Origin: Myxococcota bacterium | GTDB lineage: Bacteria > Myxococcota > XYA12-FULL-58-9 > JABJBS01 | NCBI GenBank assembly: GCA_036339465.1 | Contig: JAYZAY010000062.1 | Span: forward strand, 64,001-128,000 | Direction: 5' to 3' | DNA length: 64,000 nt | Shown: piece by piece, positions 58,732 through 64,000 of the stretch | Numbering within the stretch: the first letter of the stretch is position 1 | Layout: the number at the start of each line of letters is the position of its first letter | Program-made: the position numbers and the translations under genes | Notes under the pieces: generated by a model | Seen by the model: only the letters and a program-made list of their open reading frames with translations | Told to the model about the DNA's origin: nothing | Databases searched by the model: none

Positions 58732-59529
58732 CTAGAGGTCTGTGTGTTCAAAGAGTGGTAGGTTCCCCTTAAGGAAATTGTGGGAAATAGCTTCTACCCG
58801 TTCATGGTAGTCGGTCAAGAAAACTCGGACTTGTCCAACCGCTTTTTTAGAGGTGCCCAGGTTTTCAACCGCCAGCCTAGCCATTAGGGATCGAGCCACG
58901 GCCTCTGCGCTGTTAACGACATGGACCCCAGGTCCAAGAGCCGATTCAATCAAATCCTGGAAAAGAGGATAATGTGTACACCCTAACACCATCGTATCAA
59001 TATCTGCTGACTTCATCGGCGTAAGATAATCATCGAGGATAAGTTGAGTGGCGGGGTGACTTACCATGTTCTCTTCCGCCAGGGGGACGAGAAGAGGGCA
59101 CGCGTGCGAAATGACGGAGGCTTGAGGTTCAATTTGATGGATTAGTGTGGAATAGGCAGCGCTCCGCACCGTTTGTGGAGTTCCGAGTACGCCTATCCTT
59201 TGATTCCGCGTATATCTAAGTGCTTCCTTACAACCGGGTTCAATGACCCCCAATACAGGCATTCCCAATTCAGAACGCAGGTTATTGATACCTACAGCAC
59301 TGGCAGTATTACAGGCTACGACTATGGCTTTCGAACCCCTCGATCTGAGGAATTGTCCGCATTTCAGCGCGTATTGCCGGACTGTATCAGCAGATTTCGT
59401 TCCGTAGGGTACCCGTGCAGTATCTCCGAGGTAAAGGATATCTTCTTGGGGCAAATGCTGACGGAGTGCAGCGACGACGGTGAGGCCACCAACCCCCGAA
59501 TCGAAAACCCCGATTGGTTGCTCAGACAT
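58732..59529 (-). CDS. murI: Glutamate racemase
   Basis: PIGVFDSGVGGLTV, GDTARVPYG, VACNTAS, LGCTHYP. Confidence 0.96.
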   Translation of the reverse strand: MSEQPIGVFDSGVGGLTVVAALRQHLPQEDILYLGDTARVPYGTKSADTVRQYALKCGQFLRSRGSKAIVVACNTASAVGINNLRSELGMPVLGVIEPGCKEALRYTRNQRIGVLGTPQTVRSAAYSTLIHQIEPQASVISHACPLLVPLAEENMVSHPATQLILDDYLTPMKSADIDTMVLGCTHYPLFQDLIESALGPGVHVVNSAEAVARSLMARLAVENLGTSKKAVGQVRVFLTDYHERVEAISHNFLKGNLPLFEHTDL

Positions 59530-59667
59530 GACGACTTTTTAACGGTTTCGTACGGTTTGTGCTAGGCATTTTTAGCCTATTCAAACGCACTACCGTGTTA
59601 TAGCGTGTTGCAAAATTTGGAGCTTAAACTCGCGAACTGAGTAGCCCCATAGCGGAAGGAGGCCAGG

Positions 59668-60198
59668 ATGCAAATCGAGGAACCGATAAAGCAGTCCTTT
59701 TGGGTAAATATCATTTGGGTTCTGTCTTTGGTGGTTTCATTGGTGGTTTCATTCCTCATTTTGGGTCCGAGGCCTGCGAATTTAATGGGAGCGCTGGACG
59801 TCTCCGCACTGCCATTGGTCAATGCAACGCTCAATGCGCTCACCGCTCTGCTGCTGGTCATAGGGACCGTGTTGATTAAATTGCGTCGAATCACTGAACA
59901 CCGAAGGGTGATGCTCGCTGCCTTTACCTCTTCGATTTTATTTTTGGTGACCTACGTGGTTTACCATTGGTTTAAGGCGGGCCCGAAACCCTACCTCGGC
60001 GACTTCAAGGTAATCTATTACTCTATTTTGATTTCCCATATTGTTTTAGCGGCCGCCGTGATTCCATTGGCGCTTTTTACACTGTTTCGCGGTTGGACTG
60101 GCGACATTGGGAACCATCGCAGAATCGCGAAAATTACGTTGCCTATCTGGCTCTATGTCTCGATGACTGGTGTGTTGATTTATTGGATGCTCTATTGA
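59668..60198 (+). CDS. DUF420 family membrane protein
   Basis: LPLVNATLN, HRRVM, ILISHIVLA, HRRIAKITLPIWLYVSMTGV; AAGGAGG RBS. Confidence 0.9.
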   Translation: MQIEEPIKQSFWVNIIWVLSLVVSLVVSFLILGPRPANLMGALDVSALPLVNATLNALTALLLVIGTVLIKLRRITEHRRVMLAAFTSSILFLVTYVVYHWFKAGPKPYLGDFKVIYYSILISHIVLAAAVIPLALFTLFRGWTGDIGNHRRIAKITLPIWLYVSMTGVLIYWMLY

Positions 60199-60557
60199 TT
60201 AATACGGACTAACTCCCTGAGGGTTGTTTGCGTATATGAAAAAGGGGAGTACCCGTTTGAGAGCCTTGCACCCCGCACTGAGTTTCTAAGCCGGAATCCA
60301 AGGGTTTGGCGGCTTGGCAAATCAGGCTCCGTTTCTAGCAATACCAAATCCCCTCAGTTTCTCGTCGCCTAAGCCTTGAGATTGGGTTGCTACTGCTCTA
60401 TCTAGGCGGCTGGGTCCAAATGCAGAGGAACAATCTTTTTCAGGTATCCTTGGATTTTGGGGTTTTGGGACGCGCAATTGTGTTGCAGTATGCACTGTTT
60501 AGCCGCGGACCTTAAATAAGTTGCGGAATGTCTAATTGAGATCTGGAAGAAAATAAA

Positions 60558-61508
60558 ATGAGTGAAGTAGAAAACGTAATCATAGTTGGTTCTGGTCCTG
60601 CGGGTCATACTGCGGCGATTTATTCGGCCCGCGCGAATCTCAGGCCGTTAATGTTTGAAGGGTTTAGTGTGGGCGGTATTCCTGGTGGTCAGCTCATGAC
60701 AACCACGGAAGTTGAGAATTATCCGGGTTTTGCCAAGGGGATCTCGGGTCCAGAAATGATGCTGGAATTTAAAGCTCAGTCAGAACGATTCGGCACCCGA
60801 GTGATCACCCAGGATGTTGATTCCGTTGATCTGTCCCGGAGGCCTTTTAAGTTGGTTTCACAGGGGACGACCTATTTGGCTAAAACTTTGATTATTTCTA
60901 CGGGCGCTTCGGCCAAATATCTGGGTTTAGAGAGTGAACAACGACTGCTCAATCGAGGCGTGTCAGCCTGTGCTACCTGTGACGGTGCTCTGCCGATGTT
61001 CCGTGGCAAGGACTTGGTGGTTGTTGGTGGCGGCGATACGGCCATGGAAGAAGCATTATTTCTGACTCGTTTCGCTTCTAAGGTTATTTTGGTTCACCGT
61101 CGAGAGGTATTTCGAGCGTCGAAAATTATGTTTGAAAGGGTACAAGCCCATGAAAAAATCGAAATCGTGATGAACACTGAAGTGGCTGAGGTTGAGGGGA
61201 CAGAAGAAGTGACCGGGGTTAAGCTCAAGAACTCGCAGACCGGTGAGGAAAGTATTCGGGAAGTGGCTGGTATGTTTGTGGCGATCGGCCACCAGCCCAA
61301 CACAGGGTTTTTAGAGGGGCAGCTACCAACCGATGAGCGTGGCTATCTTTTAACGAAAGCCGATTCCTCGCACACCGAAATTCCGGGAGTATTTGCCTGT
61401 GGGGATGTACAGGATCATGTCTACAGGCAGGCCGTCACCGCCGCTGGTTCAGGTTGCATGGCGGCCATTGATGCAGAACGGTGGCTGGAAGCGCAGGGAG
61501 TAGCGTAA
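60558..61508 (+). CDS. trxB: Thioredoxin-disulfide reductase
   Basis: GSGPAG, GGQLMTTTEVENYPG, SACATCDG, GGGDTAMEEA, GDVQDHVYRQA. Confidence 0.97.
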   Translation: MSEVENVIIVGSGPAGHTAAIYSARANLRPLMFEGFSVGGIPGGQLMTTTEVENYPGFAKGISGPEMMLEFKAQSERFGTRVITQDVDSVDLSRRPFKLVSQGTTYLAKTLIISTGASAKYLGLESEQRLLNRGVSACATCDGALPMFRGKDLVVVGGGDTAMEEALFLTRFASKVILVHRREVFRASKIMFERVQAHEKIEIVMNTEVAEVEGTEEVTGVKLKNSQTGEESIREVAGMFVAIGHQPNTGFLEGQLPTDERGYLLTKADSSHTEIPGVFACGDVQDHVYRQAVTAAGSGCMAAIDAERWLEAQGVA

Positions 61509-61650
61509 AGGTTTGTGGGCTTTAGGTGCTCTCGGGGAAATTGGCCGAATTTTTGTTGCTTGGCCACGCAGCGCATCCTACCTAGAGAGCTTTCAGTGAT
61601 ATTTCGATGGATTGGGGATAAACTCTAACGGCGTTAGAACGAGGTGAGAG

Positions 61651-63441
61651 ATGACCGGCAACTTCCATGTTTTTCGGTGTATTATTCTAGGCGTGTTCCT
61701 CTCTTTGATGGGTTTGGCGGCATGCTCCCCGGCCCAACCCTATATTAAACGGGCCAACAAGCTTCTTGTCGAGGGAAAAGCCCGAGAGGCTTTGCGCGAA
61801 TACAAGCGCGCACTTGAACTAGACGACGATAACTCGGAGGCTGAATCTGGCGTTCGAGCTGCCAAGCGACAGGTTATTCGGATAGAATTGGCGAGATCAA
61901 AGGAAGCCCTACGTGTGGGTCGAGTGGTGGATGCACTGCGTGGTGCTATTCGGGCATCAAAATACCCATTGGGATTAAAAGAGGTTTCATTGAGAACAAA
62001 GGTCAATCGCGCTATCGACGCTGCAGACCTAAAAGCACGTGAAGCCATGGATAAATTTCTCGAAGAAAAGCATTATCTCGTGGCTGATGATTTAGCTCAA
62101 CTTTTACTCGATGTGGACCCTCGAGACCAAATTCGGCAGAAATATGTGAAGGATATCTCTAAGCAGGGAATCAAGTACTATTTGGCTCAAGCAAAACAAC
62201 TCAACCGGGCCAAACGGCCTGCCGCCGCCACTTTGCGTTATGCCATGGCGAAGTATTTAGGGGCGGATGTGGATGAATCTGAGATTGCAAATCTATGGTC
62301 ACGCGCGCGAGCGCAGCATTGTTTTAGAAAGCCCCAGATTCGGTGGAAACTCAAGAAAGGCGTTGAGGCACCGACTCAAAAGATCCAGACGCAAATTGCG
62401 GAAAAACTCGGGCAGCTGTCTGACCGATGTTTAGGTAGAGAGCGTAAGGTCGAGGTCAATTTGAAACTCTCTAAATACGTTGCCGAAGACGAGGAGAATT
62501 CACGAGCTGCCTATAAGGCTTACCCGGGCGTGCAGATTGAGACGGAGGAAACCTACTATGAAGAAGTGAAAACCGTCGAGATTCAGGAATTTACAGAATA
62601 TGAACTGCAGGTGAAACAGGAAGAGCGCAGGGATTGTGCCCCGCGTCCAGGGCAGCCCAGAGGATGTCGTACCTGGCTCGAAGAGGTGCAGACGAAGGTA
62701 CAGGTAAAGGTAAAAAAGCCGGTTGAAAAAATCGAGAAAGTCGCAAAAAAGAGACCCGTCAAAGAGATACCGGCAGACAAGGCGCTAAAGTATTCCCAAC
62801 GTTTCGTCAGGCGCGCTGTGGAAGTGGAAGGAAAGATTGCGTTTGGAGGAGAGCTACGAGGTGAGGAAGTCCTCAAGCTATTTGAGGAAAGTTCCGATGC
62901 GTCAAACCCACGGGTGGAAGGCGGTGGGGTCGTTGTTTTCGAAGATCCGATGGAAGCGGTTCCCTTATCTAAATTGATCGACAAAACAGCCAGCCAAATA
63001 TCCACGACCGTTGCCAAACGAGCAGGGCGTTCGATTAAGAAATGGGCTGGGGCTCAAGTTCGAGATGCACGACGTCAAATAGTTGAAGGCAATCTTGATA
63101 GCGGCGAAGAAATATACCTCGGCCTCCTCTTAATTGGGTTGTCGGCCGATGATTCCATGACAACTTATTTTCAAAAACGTCACGGTGAAGAGGTGGGCCG
63201 CTTAGTTGAGCTTGTTGGTCGCTACGAGCGTGCTGCATTTGAGGAAAAAGAAGTTAAAAAGACGACCAAGCAGTCCAAGCCGCAAAAGCAAGAGATTCGG
63301 AGAGAGGAAACAATTTCCGAGGTACCCGCTGAGCCAAGTGCAGAAGAAAAAACAGCGGAAGAAACGCCACCAGCTGAAACTCCGAGTGCGGACTTAGCTG
63401 AGTTTGAGGAAGATATGAAAGAGGAAGAAAACGCTGAATAA
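61651..63441 (+). CDS. TPR-containing lipoprotein with predicted long beta-hairpin
   Basis: Lipobox LAAC, N-terminal TPR (YKRALELD), acidic tail; GAGGTG RBS. Confidence 0.7.
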   Translation: MTGNFHVFRCIILGVFLSLMGLAACSPAQPYIKRANKLLVEGKAREALREYKRALELDDDNSEAESGVRAAKRQVIRIELARSKEALRVGRVVDALRGAIRASKYPLGLKEVSLRTKVNRAIDAADLKAREAMDKFLEEKHYLVADDLAQLLLDVDPRDQIRQKYVKDISKQGIKYYLAQAKQLNRAKRPAAATLRYAMAKYLGADVDESEIANLWSRARAQHCFRKPQIRWKLKKGVEAPTQKIQTQIAEKLGQLSDRCLGRERKVEVNLKLSKYVAEDEENSRAAYKAYPGVQIETEETYYEEVKTVEIQEFTEYELQVKQEERRDCAPRPGQPRGCRTWLEEVQTKVQVKVKKPVEKIEKVAKKRPVKEIPADKALKYSQRFVRRAVEVEGKIAFGGELRGEEVLKLFEESSDASNPRVEGGGVVVFEDPMEAVPLSKLIDKTASQISTTVAKRAGRSIKKWAGAQVRDARRQIVEGNLDSGEEIYLGLLLIGLSADDSMTTYFQKRHGEEVGRLVELVGRYERAAFEEKEVKKTTKQSKPQKQEIRREETISEVPAEPSAEEKTAEETPPAETPSADLAEFEEDMKEEENAE

Positions 63442-63492
63442 TCGCGTATCCGATGAGTTTAAAGTGTAGGGCTAAACTGTAGGAGTAAGGTC

Positions 63493-64000
63493 ATGTCTCT
63501 AGAAAATGTAGCGTTGAAGGGTGTAGAAGCAAAGGATTCCCGAGGGCGTCCGACCGTGGAAGCAATTTTAACGATTGGGGAGATCGAAGTTCGGGGCGAT
63601 GTTCCGGCTGGGGCGTCTAAGGGGGAAGACGAAGCAAAGACTTTGCCTGTTTCCGAAGCCCTCGATGTGATTGAGGGGGAGATCCTCGATTACCTTAAAA
63701 CCTCAGGAAAGAGTTTAGAGAACCACGATGACCTGTTGGCCTTGGAAAAGGGACTCATTGAGCGGGCGGGTGAGAATTATGCACGGCTAGGAGCAAACGC
63801 TGTTTTGCCTGTTTCCCGCGCGCTTTGGCGGGCCGCTGCCTGTCTACAGAAAAAGGAACTCGCTGCTTATATACGTGAACATGAACCTGAACTTTCGTCG
63901 AATGGGCGTGTCTTTTTTCTCATGAATATCTTCAATGGAGGGCTCCATGCTTTGAAGGAAGCTGAGGGAGAAGTTCTGGGTTAGGACAGAATTGATTTCC
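63493..64000 (+). CDS. eno: Enolase (divergent), in-frame TAG at 63982-63984, truncated by window edge
   Basis: DSRGRPTVEA, VPAGASKG..EA, LGANAVLPVS, NIFNGGLHA; after the TAG the frame continues DRIDF, matching the enolase D-F-Q-E motif; AGGAG RBS. Confidence 0.75.

Noticed and set aside
60199..60557. Possible ncRNA in the DUF420-trxB gap
   Set aside because: Only short scattered hairpins; no recognisable tmRNA, RNase P, SRP, 6S or riboswitch motifs.
1..64000. Alternative genetic code suggested by in-frame TGA (rapA) and TAG (eno)
   Set aside because: Many conserved genes end correctly at TAG (rpoD, mutM, murI) or TGA (uup, gltC), and long ORFs are intact under code 11.

Overview
Bacterial chromosomal window whose gene content suggests Myxococcota or a related deltaproteobacterium (inferred from the Glt/Nfs-type genes). 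I recognise no rRNA, tRNA, CRISPR array, transposase, integrase or phage gene. Housekeeping genes (uup, gmhB, cysD-cysNC, rpoD, a second sigma-70, mutM, thrB, leuB, rapA, mtnP, an NtrC-type regulator, murI, trxB, eno) surround two paralogous copies of the myxobacterial Glt/Nfs trans-envelope machinery. Cluster 2 (48063-58645) is a well-conserved, contiguous eight-gene operon: two beta-barrels followed by C-D-E-F-G-H, the nfsA-H layout, with a GltG lacking an FHA domain. Cluster 1 (22405-42345) is extremely divergent but has fully open reading frames: gltC'-gltD'-gltF'-gltG'(degenerate FHA)-gltI-like (3533 aa)-gltJ-like plus a two-repeat lipoprotein. It lacks gltE and any beta-barrel gene, and its C/D/F/G members are identified mainly by aligning them to cluster 2. 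No aglRQS motor genes are in the window. Other oddities: a catalytically dead, frameshifted panD abutting a YhhQ/VUT transporter; an apparently inactive APS-kinase domain in CysNC; in-frame stops in rapA (TGA followed by a hairpin) and enolase (TAG); a 14-15 bp tandem repeat; and a multi-hairpin leader before cluster 2. All family assignments come from motif recognition by eye; no database searches were run.
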